Assembly (NCBI GenBank): GCA_041497135.1
Contig: JBGQFX010000014.1
Span: 62 to 64,061 of the forward strand
Direction of reading: 5' to 3'
Source of the DNA: Gemmatimonadota bacterium
Lineage (GTDB): Bacteria > Gemmatimonadota > Gemmatimonadetes > Gemmatimonadales > GWC2-71-9
DNA: 64,000 nucleotides
The notes below the pieces were generated by a model, which ran no database searches, was not told the origin of the DNA, and was given only the letters and a program-made list of their open reading frames with translations. Position 1 is the stretch's first letter. Every line of letters begins with the position of its first letter. Made by a program: the position numbers and the translations under genes. Below, one piece after another: positions 45,244 to 58,266 of this stretch.

Positions 45244-46229
45244 CTACTGCATCGGCTCTTCGGCAAAATGGCATGCCACGACCTGCCCAGGCGTCACCTC
45301 GCGCAAGGCGGGGACCTCGCTGCGGCAACGCTCGTTCTTCCTGGGATGTGGGCAGCGCGGGTGAAATGCACACCCCGGCGGTGGATTAGCCGGAGAGGGC
45401 ACGTCGCCCTGGAGCACGATGCGCTGCTTCTGCGCCTGGGGATCGGGGACCGGGACCGCCGATAGCAGGGACCGCGTGTAGGGATGACGGGGCAGACTGT
45501 AGACTGTCGCCGCCGCGGCGCGCTCGACGATGCGCCCCAGGTACATCACTGCGACGTCGTCGGCGATGTGCTTCACGACCGCCAGATCGTGGGCGATGAA
45601 CAGATAGGTCAGCCCGCGCTTGCGCTGGAGATCGGCCAGGAGGTTCAACACCTGCGCCTGGACCGAGACGTCAAGCGACGAGACCGGCTCGTCGCACACC
45701 AAAAACTGGGGCTCGACCGAGAGCGCCCGCGCGATGCCCACCCGTTGCCGCTGGCCGCCCGACAGCTCGTGGGGATAGCGATCGGTGAGCCCGGCATCCA
45801 ACCCGACCTCCTCCAGCAGCGCCGCCACCCGCCCGGCGCGCTCCGGCTTGGGCACGAGCTGGTGGATGATGAGCGGCTCGACCAGCGTTTGCCGTACCGT
45901 CATGCGGGGGTTGAGCGAGCTGTAAGGATCCTGGAACACGATCTGCATCCGGCGGCGCAGCCGGCGCAGCGGCGCGGGCGCCAGCGCGAACACGGCGTCA
46001 TCGCCCAGATGGAACGTGCCGGCGGTCGGCTCCGTGAGCCGCAGCAGCGTGCGGACGACCGTGGTCTTGCCCGAGCCGGATTCTCCCACCAGGCCGAGCG
46101 TCTTGCCGGCCGGAATGTCGAACGAGATCCCGTCGACGGCCCGCACCAGGCCACGCGGCTTCCCCAACCCGAGCCACGCGCGTGCCCCGGGATAGTGTTT
46201 CACCAGCTCGTCCACGCGCACCAACGCCG

Positions 46230-46233
<4 letters not shown>
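45244..46233 (-). CDS. oligopeptide/dipeptide ABC transporter ATP-binding protein (OppF/DppF-like)
   Basis: The GTG start overlaps the upstream TGA (GTGA). Walker A GESGSGKT, signature LSGGQRQR, Walker [13 protein letters not shown] and a C-terminal oligopeptide-type Cys-rich extension. Confidence 0.9.
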
Positions 46234-47245
<1,012 letters not shown>

Positions 47246-47249
<4 letters not shown>

Positions 47250-48187
47250 GGCTCGAAAAGATAGTCGGCGCGGGGATCGAGAGCGTCCCGCGCGGCGTCA
47301 CCGATCGCGTTCAGCGCCATGACGGTGATCGCGATCGCGAGACCCGGGAACAGCGACGTCCAGAGCGCCGTGGTGAGCTGATCGCGGCCGTCGGCGATCA
47401 TGTTTCCCCAGCTCGGCATCGGTGGCTGGACGCCGACCCCCAGGAAGGACAACCCGGCCTCGAGCAGCATCATGTGGCCGATGCCCAGGGCGGCGGAGAC
47501 GATCAACGGCGCGGCCGCGTTGGGCAGCACGTGACGGATGATGATCCGCCAGGGACGCGCGCCGGCGGTGCGCGCGGCGTCGGTGAACGGGCGTTCACGC
47601 AACGACAGCACCTCAGCGCGTACGAGCCGGCTCGTGGCGAACCACCCCGTGAAACCGAGCAACAGGATCAGGGGACCGGTGCCCAGCCGATCCCACAGAG
47701 CGATGGCGAGCAGCACCAGGAAGATGCGCGGCACCGAGAGCCCCACGTCCACGAGTCGCATCAGCACGGCGTCGGTCCAGCCGCGAAAGTAGCCCGCCAC
47801 CGTGCCCACGAGTCCACCCAGCATGACGGCCACCGCCATGCCGAGCGTGCCGATGCCGAGCGACACCTGCGCGCCGTACAGGAGGCGGCTCCACACGTCC
47901 CGGCTGTAGAGATCGGTGCCGAGCGGATGCAGCCAGCTCGGGGGTCGGTTCTGCAGCGCCACGATGTCGAGCTGCTGGGACGGCCGGTATGGCGCGAGCA
48001 GCGGCGCGCACACGGCCACCGTCGCGAAGAACACCAGCACCGCGATCCCGGCGGTCGCCGTCGGATGCCGGAAGAACCGTCGCCAGGCCTCGCCGTGCGG
48101 GCCGCGCGCGGCGCGCCGGCTCCAGGCGACGGCCACGGCCGTCCACAGGAGGGTGGCGAGCAGTCCGAGCCAGGAAGCGACGGTCAC
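47246..48187 (-). CDS. ABC transporter permease (OppC/DppC-like)
   Basis: The GTG start overlaps the upstream TGA. N-terminal OppC-type region and the EAA-loop region [16 protein letters not shown]. Confidence 0.85.
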
Positions 48188-49155
48188 GTGACCATTCGCA
48201 CTCTCGGGTCTGCGAGCACGGCCAACAGATCGGCCAGCAGACTTCCCATGACGACCGCGACACTGGCGAGCAGAGTGGTGGCGAGCACCAGCGGATAGTC
48301 GCGCGCCGCGATGGCATCGGCGGCGAGTTTGCCGAGCCCGGGCCAGGCGAACACCGCCTCGACGAGCACCGCGCCGGTGAGCAGGAACGGCAGCGCGAGC
48401 CCCAGCAGGGTGATCACGGGGAGCAGGGCATCGCGCAGCGCGTGGCGCACCAGCACCGCGGACTCCCGCAGTCCTTTGGCACGGGCGGTGCGCACGTAGT
48501 CCTGACCCAGCGCTTCGAGCAGGGCGGCGCGCTGGAACCGAGCGGTCCCGGCGGCGCCCACGAGACCCATCGTGAGGGCCGGTAATGCGAGGTGGCGCAG
48601 GCGATCGAGCACCTTCCCCCACAGGGGGAGGTTGGGGTACAGCACGGGGTCCGTGACGCCGCCGACCGGGAACCAGTGCAGCCACTGACCGAACACGAGC
48701 AGCAGCACGAGGCCGAGCCAGAAGATCGGAAGGGAATACAGGAAGAGGGTGGCGTTGGTGAGCGCCACGTCCGAGCTCCGCCGTGCGCGGGCAGCCTGGA
48801 ACACGCCGATGGCGATGCCCAGGAGGAAGTCGATCAGCAGCGCCGCGCCCGCGAGCACCGCCGTGTTGGGCAATGCGGTTGCGATCGCCTCGGCGACGGG
48901 GCGGCGCTGGCTGAAGGATTCCCCCAGGTGCCCCCGGGCCAGCGCGCCGAGGTACCGGACGTATTGCTCCGGCAGCGGCCGGCCGAGCCCGAACTCGTCA
49001 CGCAGGCGCGCCACGGCGGCCGGGTTGATGGGCCGCCCCTGCTCGGGCAGGAACGGCGTGCCAGGGGCCAGGTGAATGGCGACGAAGGAGAAGGAAACGA
49101 CGGCGAAGACGATGGCGAGGGCGGCGCCGAGCCGCCGCAGCAGCCAGGCCGTCAC
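48184..49155 (-). CDS. ABC transporter permease (OppB/DppB-like)
   Basis: 323 aa with GTG start at 49155. LLRRLGAALAIVFAVVSFSF opening and YVRTARAKGL EAA motif. Confidence 0.9.
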   Translation of the reverse strand: MTAWLLRRLGAALAIVFAVVSFSFVAIHLAPGTPFLPEQGRPINPAAVARLRDEFGLGRPLPEQYVRYLGALARGHLGESFSQRRPVAEAIATALPNTAVLAGAALLIDFLLGIAIGVFQAARARRSSDVALTNATLFLYSLPIFWLGLVLLLVFGQWLHWFPVGGVTDPVLYPNLPLWGKVLDRLRHLALPALTMGLVGAAGTARFQRAALLEALGQDYVRTARAKGLRESAVLVRHALRDALLPVITLLGLALPFLLTGAVLVEAVFAWPGLGKLAADAIAARDYPLVLATTLLASVAVVMGSLLADLLAVLADPRVRMVT

Positions 49156-49238
49156 CTAGTGCCGTTCCAACTCGTGCGCCGAAGTACCAGAGCCCATTTC
49201 GGGACTCTTCTCGGCGTGAATAGTTGGAACGGCACTAG
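49156..49238. mobile_element. 83-bp MITE-like element with perfect 17-bp terminal inverted repeats
   Basis: CTAGTGCCGTTCCAACT (49156-49172) and its exact reverse complement (49222-49238). The arms continue as an imperfect inverted repeat. Flanks read C-TA-[element]-TA-G. The same terminal sequence recurs at 81-96 and 63849-63865. Confidence 0.7.
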
Positions 49239-50905
49239 TGCCCGACGCGGTCACGCTCGTTGAGCCGGTCGGGAGGGATGCGCCAGTTCCGGACCAGGGC
49301 CATCCAGGAATCCGGCCGGAGCTGGACATCGGTGACTCGGCTGTCGACCGCCGCCACGTTATCGAGAGCATAGAGCATGATCGCGGGCGCATCCTGCGCG
49401 AGTGTCGTGAACGCGGCGACCCACGCCGCACGAGCGGCGCTCAGCGTCTGGGCGTTGGCGGCCGTGGCCACGGCTCGATCGAAGGCAGGGTTGGCGTAGC
49501 CGCCGTAGTTCGCCCCGCCACCTTTGCTCCAGATCTGGGGGACCCCTGAGGTGGGCGTGGGATCGGTCTGCCACGATTCCAGCGCCGCGTCGAATGTGCC
49601 GGCGCTCAACCGCTCGGCCATAGCGGGGTCGTCCATCTCGTCGATGACCAGCTCGACACCCACGGCGCGCAGTTGCTCCTGCAGCAGACGGGCGTATTGC
49701 CGTCGCAAGGGGCTGGTGGGGACCGCGACATGGAAACTCAATCGGCGGCCGGCGCGGTCGCGGATCCCGTCCCTGTTCGAGTCGCGCCAGCCGCGGGCGG
49801 TCAACAGTCCCGCGGCCTGGGTCGTGTCGTACGGTGGTGGCGCGAGCTCGGGAACCCACAGCCAGCTCCACTGCTGCGGCATCGGTCCCGGCGGCACCTT
49901 GGCGTGTCCCGCCGTAGCGCTCTGCAGCATGCGTTCCCGGTCGGTGGCCATGACCAGCGCGCGCCGCACGGCGGCGTCGGCGAACAGCGGGTTTGGGCGC
50001 AGCGAATCGCCGTTGGCCCGCAGATTGAACCGCAGGAAGGTGTACGTCACGCCTGGATAGGGGTACAGCTTCAGGTGCGCTGCGGCCTGAGCGCGGCCGA
50101 TGTTGGCCGGGCCCACCAGCACTTCGATCGCATCCGCCTCGCCCGCGACGAGCTGGGTTATGGCGACGTTCACGTCCGATGCGAAGCGCCAGATGAGGCG
50201 CTGCAGATGTGGCCGCCCCAGATAGAAGGTGGAATCCGCCGTGAGCTCCACGGACTCTCCCGGAGTCCATCGCAAAAAACGATACGGCCCGTCGCCGATC
50301 GGCGCCCGTCCGAACGCGGCGGTTCGCCACTCGCCGCGCGGCACGTCGCGCAAGAGATGCGCCGGCAGGATGCGCAGGTGGAACGTCGCGTCGAAAAACG
50401 CCTCGGGGTAGCTGTGGCGGAACTTGAATACGGCCGTGAGGGAATCCGTGGCCGTGACCGAGGCGATATGCGCCAGCGCCGTCAGATCTCCCGCTGCGAC
50501 GGCGGTATCGGTATAGGACTCGAACGTGAATTGCACGTCGGCGGCGGTGACCGGGGGGCCATCCTGCCAGTGCGCGCGGGGGTCGAGGTGGAACGTGAGG
50601 GTCAACGGGTCGTTCCACTCCCACGACCGGGCCAGCTGCGGCACAAACCCGGAATCGCCGATGGTACTGCCGCCCACCGTGAAGTCCGCCAGCCGCAGGA
50701 AGATCTGGTCGAAGATGTCGCGCTCCACCGCGGCTTCGCTCAGCGGGGGGAGGAGCGTCGTGGCGCTTCGGGTGGCCGCGATGACCAGTGAGCCGCAGTA
50801 CTCGTCGCGGCAGCTGCCGCGCCGGCTACAGGCCGCCGCCGTCAGCAGGGCAAGGGCAAGGACGGCCGGGGTACGTGGGAGGTGGATCATGCCCAAAGAT
50901 TCCAT
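49235..50905 (-). CDS. ABC transporter substrate-binding protein, family 5 (OppA/DppA-like), lipoprotein
   Basis: Start at ATG 50905 or 50890. Signal plus lipobox LALLTAAAC. SBP_bac_5-type body (WQDGPPVTAADV, DPYRFLRW.). The stop TAG lies inside the repeat element. Confidence 0.85.
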   Translation of the reverse strand: MESLGMIHLPRTPAVLALALLTAAACSRRGSCRDEYCGSLVIAATRSATTLLPPLSEAAVERDIFDQIFLRLADFTVGGSTIGDSGFVPQLARSWEWNDPLTLTFHLDPRAHWQDGPPVTAADVQFTFESYTDTAVAAGDLTALAHIASVTATDSLTAVFKFRHSYPEAFFDATFHLRILPAHLLRDVPRGEWRTAAFGRAPIGDGPYRFLRWTPGESVELTADSTFYLGRPHLQRLIWRFASDVNVAITQLVAGEADAIEVLVGPANIGRAQAAAHLKLYPYPGVTYTFLRFNLRANGDSLRPNPLFADAAVRRALVMATDRERMLQSATAGHAKVPPGPMPQQWSWLWVPELAPPPYDTTQAAGLLTARGWRDSNRDGIRDRAGRRLSFHVAVPTSPLRRQYARLLQEQLRAVGVELVIDEMDDPAMAERLSAGTFDAALESWQTDPTPTSGVPQIWSKGGGANYGGYANPAFDRAVATAANAQTLSAARAAWVAAFTTLAQDAPAIMLYALDNVAAVDSRVTDVQLRPDSWMALVRNWRIPPDRLNERDRVGH

Positions 50906-50912
50906 GAGGCTT

Positions 50913-51650
50913 CTACCGGCGCCAGGTCCAGGTCGGGTCGATGAAGGCTGATAGCCGGACGGCCGGATGGGCGGATGGGACGAGTGGACCGTCCCACGCT
51001 GCCGCGATGGCCGACGCGACCTCATCGAAGCCGACGGGGCGACCCAAGATGGCAGCGAGGGTCGTGCCGGACCCATTCGGCGAGGGTCGACGACTGACGG
51101 TTTCGACTGTCTGTTGGGACCCGTCGAGCAGTATCGACCCATGTTGCAGAAACGCGGTGCCGCGTCGCACTTGTGCCGAGCCGATGACTTTCTTCCCATC
51201 GACCAAAACCTCGCCGCCGACCGGCGATGCGAAGCAGGCCCCATCGCCGAGACCTGCCCCAGCGGCGTACCTGGGCGCGAGCATAGCGTGGATGCCGAGG
51301 CGGCCCAACGCTCGCGCGAGCCGCTCGTGGATCGTGTGATAGCTCTCGCGCAATGATCCGAACGCCGCGATCGGGGCGGCGACGGCGTAGGTCAGCTCGT
51401 GCTCGTGCCAGACGGCCCGTCCACCGGTTGGGCGGCGCACTACATCGAGGCCGAGCCGCTCGATGCGGCCGCGATCGTAGCGCGCGAGCGCCGGCTCGTT
51501 GCGGCCGAACGAGAGGCAGGGCGGGGCGAAGCGGTACAACCGAAGGAACGCGGCGCCCGATCGGTCGGCCGCGACGAGCAACGACTCGTCGATCGCCATG
51601 TTCCGGGCGCCCGGGCGGCCCGCGGGATCGAGAATCAGGTGCCAGTCCAT
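50913..51650 (-). CDS. lipoate-protein ligase / octanoyltransferase family protein (BPL_LplA_LipB catalytic domain only)
   Basis: Start at MDWHLIL (51650). NMAIDESLL, RRPTGGRAVWH, and GKKVIGSAQVRR with the catalytic Lys. No LplA C-terminal accessory domain. Confidence 0.8.
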   Translation of the reverse strand: MDWHLILDPAGRPGARNMAIDESLLVAADRSGAAFLRLYRFAPPCLSFGRNEPALARYDRGRIERLGLDVVRRPTGGRAVWHEHELTYAVAAPIAAFGSLRESYHTIHERLARALGRLGIHAMLAPRYAAGAGLGDGACFASPVGGEVLVDGKKVIGSAQVRRGTAFLQHGSILLDGSQQTVETVSRRPSPNGSGTTLAAILGRPVGFDEVASAIAAAWDGPLVPSAHPAVRLSAFIDPTWTWRR

Positions 51651-51731
51651 GCTCCTCGGAATATGCAGGGGACCGCGGCCACCCGGCGCTCTGGCATCGC
51701 TCCGCTTCATTCCCTAACGTAGCTGCGGCGT

Positions 51732-52466
51732 ATGCAGGCCCCCGACCTCTCGCTCGTCATTCCCGCCTATAACGAGGCGCGTTATCTGCCGCGACTGCTG
51801 GCGTCCCTGGCCGTAGCCCGGGAGCGCTTCGCCGCCGCGGGCGGTTTGATGGAGGTCGTTGTCGCCGACAACATGTCCACCGATGCCACCGCGCGGGTGG
51901 CGGAAGCGGGCGGGGCGCGGGTGGTGCGTGTCGCGCAGCGTCGCATTGCGGCCGCTCGCAATGGAGGGGCCGCTGCGGCGCGCGGCCGGCTGCTCGCGTT
52001 CCTCGACGCCGACACCGTGCGGGTCCATCCAGAGACGTTCGCCGCGATCACGACCGCCCTGGCCGATCCCCGGGTCATCGGCGGGGCGACCGGGTGCACG
52101 CTCGAGCGCTGGTCGGTGGGACTGGGGCTGACCTACGCGATGATGATGCCCTTGGTTTGGGCCACCGGGTTCGACACCGGTGTGGTGTTCTGCCGCAGCG
52201 AGGACTTCGAACAGGCCGGTGGCTACCCTGAGGATCTGCGGCTTGCCGAGGACGTCGCGTTCCTCGCCAGGCTGTGGCGGCTCGGCCGCCGTCGTAACCA
52301 ACGGCTGCGCCGTCTGCGCGGCCACAAGGTCGTGGCATCCACCCGCAAGTTCGACGAGCACGGAGACTGGCACTACTTCGGGTTCTTTTGGCGCGCCCCG
52401 GCGTTGCTGTTCGGGGCCCGGTTCGATGAGTTGGCTGACCGCTACTGGTACCGTCCCAACCGGTAA
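51732..52466 (+). CDS. family 2 glycosyltransferase
   Basis: LSLVIPAYNEARYLPRLL, VVADNMSTDAT and a DAD motif (FLDADT). Confidence 0.75.
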   Translation: MQAPDLSLVIPAYNEARYLPRLLASLAVARERFAAAGGLMEVVVADNMSTDATARVAEAGGARVVRVAQRRIAAARNGGAAAARGRLLAFLDADTVRVHPETFAAITTALADPRVIGGATGCTLERWSVGLGLTYAMMMPLVWATGFDTGVVFCRSEDFEQAGGYPEDLRLAEDVAFLARLWRLGRRRNQRLRRLRGHKVVASTRKFDEHGDWHYFGFFWRAPALLFGARFDELADRYWYRPNR

Positions 52467-52470
52467 TTCG

Positions 52471-55353
<2,883 letters not shown>

Positions 55354-55370
55354 GCGTCTGGGTTCGGGGC

Positions 55371-56051
55371 TCAGGAAAAAGTGTGCGACTCGCCTGGATT
55401 CAGGATCACAACCTCGGCCCGGTCGCCGACCAAACGCCGGAATTCCTGCGGGTCGGCGGCGATCAGGTCCCAGGTATTGTAATGCATCGGGATCACGGCG
55501 CGCGGCTGCGCGAACTCCACCGCCCGCACGGCGTCTTCGATGCCCATCGTGTAGTTGTCGCCGATGGGAACGCACATGACGTCCACGCGTCCGGCCAGGA
55601 GCTGCATCTCCATGGTCAGCGCCGTGTCGCCCGTGTGATAGACCGTCTTTCCACCGAGCGTGAGCGCGAGGCCGCACGGATTGGTGGTGTGCGAGCCGTC
55701 GTCGCCTTCCACCGCGCCGCCGTGAAAGGCCGGCACCAGTTTCACCGTGCCGAACGGGAAGCGGTGGCTGCCGCCGATATGCATCGCGTGGACGCTCGCC
55801 CCGCGCTCCTGGCAAAACTGCGCCAGCTCGTAGGTGGCGACGATGGTGGCGCCATGCTGCTTGGCGAGCGGAATGGCGTCGCCCAGATGATCCCCGTGGC
55901 CGTGAGAGAGGAGGATGGCATCCAGCTTGGGGATCCGGTCGGCGGGGATGTCGGCCTTCGGGTTACCGGTGAAGAAGGGGTCGATGACGATCCGCTTTCC
56001 GTCGCCCGCGATTTCGAAGCAAGCGTGGCCGTGGAACGTCAGCGTCACCAT
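55371..56051 (-). CDS. metallo-beta-lactamase-fold hydrolase (UPF0173-like)
   Basis: 226 aa. [11 protein letters not shown] opening, [12 protein letters not shown] (HxHxDH) and later His ligands. Confidence 0.8.
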   Translation of the reverse strand: MVTLTFHGHACFEIAGDGKRIVIDPFFTGNPKADIPADRIPKLDAILLSHGHGDHLGDAIPLAKQHGATIVATYELAQFCQERGASVHAMHIGGSHRFPFGTVKLVPAFHGGAVEGDDGSHTTNPCGLALTLGGKTVYHTGDTALTMEMQLLAGRVDVMCVPIGDNYTMGIEDAVRAVEFAQPRAVIPMHYNTWDLIAADPQEFRRLVGDRAEVVILNPGESHTFS

Positions 56052-56069
56052 CGCAGATTGCCTACGGCG

Positions 56070-56462
56070 TCACTTGCCGCCGATATGCTTCTCGTACGCC
56101 CCCGCATCCAACAGGCCGGTCACGTCGGCTGGGTTCTTGAGCTTGAGTTTGATCATCCAGCCGCCGCCATAGGGATCCCGGTTCACCAGGGCGGGATCGC
56201 CTTCCAGCCCGCCGTTGGCTTCGAGGATCGTCCCGGCCACCGGGCAATAGAGCTCGGAGACGGCCTTGACCGCTTCGATCGTGCCGAACACCTGCATCTT
56301 GTCGAACGTCGCCCCGGACTTGGGGAGCTCCACGAACACCACGTCGCCGAGCTCACCTTGCGCGTAGTCGGTGATGCCGATCTGGACCACCCCGGCGTCG
56401 GCGGTCGGCTTGACGTATTCGTGTTCGGCGGTGTAGCGCAGATCTTTGGGAACGTTGGACAT
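56070..56462 (-). CDS. gcvH: glycine cleavage system H protein
   Basis: 130 aa from MSNVPKDLRYTAEHEYV. Lipoyl-lysine motif TIEAVKAVSELY. Confidence 0.95.
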   Translation of the reverse strand: MSNVPKDLRYTAEHEYVKPTADAGVVQIGITDYAQGELGDVVFVELPKSGATFDKMQVFGTIEAVKAVSELYCPVAGTILEANGGLEGDPALVNRDPYGGGWMIKLKLKNPADVTGLLDAGAYEKHIGGK

Positions 56463-56499
56463 GCGACGGTCGCTCTCGAGGGGATCCGGGGTCGGCGGA

Positions 56500-56528
56500 A
56501 CGCTAGAGGCGCCGAAAATCCTTGTCAA
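56500..56528 (-). promoter_or_regulatory. candidate sigma70-type promoter for gcvH
   Basis: On the minus strand: perfect TTGACA (56528-56523, overlapping the coaE stop), exact 17-nt spacer, TAGCGT (56505-56500). About 35 nt upstream of the gcvH ATG. Pattern match only. Confidence 0.35.
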
Positions 56529-57142
56529 GCTTGCGGCTTCGTGCTGGCGCGCCGCTCCAGCTCGTCGTAGACGGCGCGGGCGCGCCGCGTCAGCTCTTCC
56601 AGATCTGCGTCGTTGTCGATCACGAAGTCGCTCCCCTTCCGTTTCTTGGCCGCGGGCAGCTGGGCGGCGAGCATCTGGTCCGCCTCCTGGGCGGAGAGCC
56701 CGCGCATCGCGCGCAGGCGCGCGTGCCGCAGCGGGACCGGAGCGTCCACCAGCACGACGGCGTCGAATTGCCTGGGGTCCAGGACCTCGAACAACAGCGG
56801 GATGTCACTCACGACGATGCGGTCGCCGCGCTTCCAGGCTTCGTCGAGCAGCGCCTCGCGCCGGCGTTGCACGGCGGGATGGACCAGCGCGTTCAGTTTG
56901 GCGAGCGCCGCCTCATCGCCCATCACTTTGGCGCGCAGTGCGGCGCGATCGAGCGTGCCATCGCGCTTTATGACGTCGGCGCCAAACCGCCTGGCGATGG
57001 CCGCGAGCACGGGCGATCCGGGCGCCTGAACCTCGCGCACCAGCTCGTCGGCGTCGATGACGGTGGCGCCCCAATGGCGAAACAGCTCGGCGACCGTGGA
57101 CTTGCCGGCGGCGATGTTGCCGGTGAGGGCGACGTTGAGCAT
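56525..57142 (-). CDS. coaE: dephospho-CoA kinase
   Basis: Start at [17 protein letters not shown] (P-loop). The ATG overlaps the tdk stop by 1 nt (TAATG). Confidence 0.9.
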   Translation of the reverse strand: MLNVALTGNIAAGKSTVAELFRHWGATVIDADELVREVQAPGSPVLAAIARRFGADVIKRDGTLDRAALRAKVMGDEAALAKLNALVHPAVQRRREALLDEAWKRGDRIVVSDIPLLFEVLDPRQFDAVVLVDAPVPLRHARLRAMRGLSAQEADQMLAAQLPAAKKRKGSDFVIDNDADLEELTRRARAVYDELERRASTKPQA

Positions 57143-57747
57143 TAGAGTAGCGCGGTTTGGTCTTCGTCCGCCTTCGGAACCCGATGACAATGCCGGCACC
57201 TCGCCTCATAACTCTCCCGGCCACCTACCATGATCGTCGGGCTGTCCCAGGGCGCCGGACGACCGTCCACCAGGCGCTGGTTACGGCTCGCCGGGCCGCC
57301 GCACACGACGCAGATGGCGTGGAGCTTGTCGATCACCTCGGCGGCGCACATGAGCGGGGGCATCGGACCGAACGGGAGGCCGCGGAAGTCGACGTCGGTG
57401 CCCGCCAGGATCACCCGGACGCCGCCGTCGGCCAGGCTGCCCGCCACTGCGACGATGCCTTCGTCCAGGAACTGGGCTTCGTCGACCGCCACGACTTCCG
57501 TGCCGCGGCGCACGCCGCGCGCGACCTGCTCCGACGCATCGATCGGCTCAGCTTCCACGGTGCGCCCGTCGTGAGTGGTGACGGAATAGAGTCCGGCGTA
57601 GCGGGCGTCGAGATGGGACTTGAACACCTGGACCTGCTTCTTGGCGATCACCGCCCGCCGCACGCGGCGGATCAGCTCCTCGCTCTTGCCGGAGAACATC
57701 ACGCCGGTGATGACCTCGATCCAGCCGGGACGGGTACCGTGGAACAT
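57142..57747 (-). CDS. tdk: thymidine kinase
   Basis: [17 protein letters not shown]-loop, VAVDEAQF, and C-terminal zinc motif CVVCG...CRHCH. Confidence 0.95.
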   Translation of the reverse strand: MFHGTRPGWIEVITGVMFSGKSEELIRRVRRAVIAKKQVQVFKSHLDARYAGLYSVTTHDGRTVEAEPIDASEQVARGVRRGTEVVAVDEAQFLDEGIVAVAGSLADGGVRVILAGTDVDFRGLPFGPMPPLMCAAEVIDKLHAICVVCGGPASRNQRLVDGRPAPWDSPTIMVGGRESYEARCRHCHRVPKADEDQTALL

Positions 57748-57799
57748 GGGGGGGAAAGGCTAGCCGTGGCTCGGATGGGGGTCAAGAAGTGCCGGTATC

Positions 57800-57830
57800 T
57801 TGCGGATTTCCGGGGTGGGTCCCCATATTG
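57800..57830 (+). promoter_or_regulatory. candidate promoter for the HU gene
   Basis: TTGCGG (57800-57805), 18-nt spacer, CATATT (57824-57829). Would give a ~85-nt leader containing two TCAAGGGTTTTC repeats. Pattern match only. Confidence 0.25.
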
Positions 57831-57919
57831 TCGAGGGATTTCAAGGGTTTTCGGGAGCCCCCCCGTGAAAGGGGCGGAATCTCAAGGGTTTTCTTTTCCC
57901 TCACACGGAGGACGACACC

Positions 57920-58207
57920 GTGAACAAAGCCGAGCTGATCGCGGGGCTGGCCATGCGGACGAAGATGTCCAAGGCCGATGCCGGCCGTGCGGTGGAGGCC
58001 CTGTTCGACGACAAGGGCATCATCGCGGGCGAGCTGAAGAAGGGCACGAAGGTCCAGATCACCGGGTTCGGAAATTTTGAAGCCCGCAAGCGCGCCGCCC
58101 GCATGGGGCGCAATCCAAAGACCGGCGCCGAGATCCAGATCAAGGCGACGATCGCCCCGGCGTTTCGGGCCGGCAAACAGCTCAAGATGGCTGTCAACAA
58201 GAAGTAA
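57920..58207 (+). CDS. hup: HU family DNA-binding protein
   Basis: 95 aa with GTG start after GGAGGA. MNKAELI ... GFGNFEARKRAARMGRNPKTGAEIQI is the canonical HU/IHF arm region. Confidence 0.95.
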   Translation: MNKAELIAGLAMRTKMSKADAGRAVEALFDDKGIIAGELKKGTKVQITGFGNFEARKRAARMGRNPKTGAEIQIKATIAPAFRAGKQLKMAVNKK

Positions 58208-58234
58208 TCAGCGAAGCGAAGCGACGCTGAATAC

Positions 58235-58256
58235 GGGCCGCCCCGCTGGGCGGCCC
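58235..58256. terminator. GC-rich hairpin between convergent HU and CoA-transferase genes
   Basis: GGGCCGCCC-cgct-GGGCGGCCC, a perfect 9-bp stem followed on the plus strand by GTCGGCGTTTC (weak T tract). Confidence 0.45.
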
Positions 58257-58266
58257 GTCGGCGTTT

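Noticed and set aside
49156-49431. 91-aa minus-strand ORF and the 13-codon mini-ORF (MGSGTSAHELERH) within the repeat element
   Set aside because: The 91-aa ORF is mostly an out-of-frame shadow over the 3' end of the binding-protein gene. The mini-ORF is better explained as a remnant of the GIY-YIG gene start than as a functional peptide.
56463-56600. Possible glycine riboswitch upstream of gcvH
   Set aside because: The non-coding gap is only 62 nt. The nearest resemblance (GCACGAAGCCGCAAGC versus the CACCGAAGGGGCAA core) is poor and lies inside the coaE coding sequence. No second aptamer or conserved GGAGAG/ACCG elements were seen.
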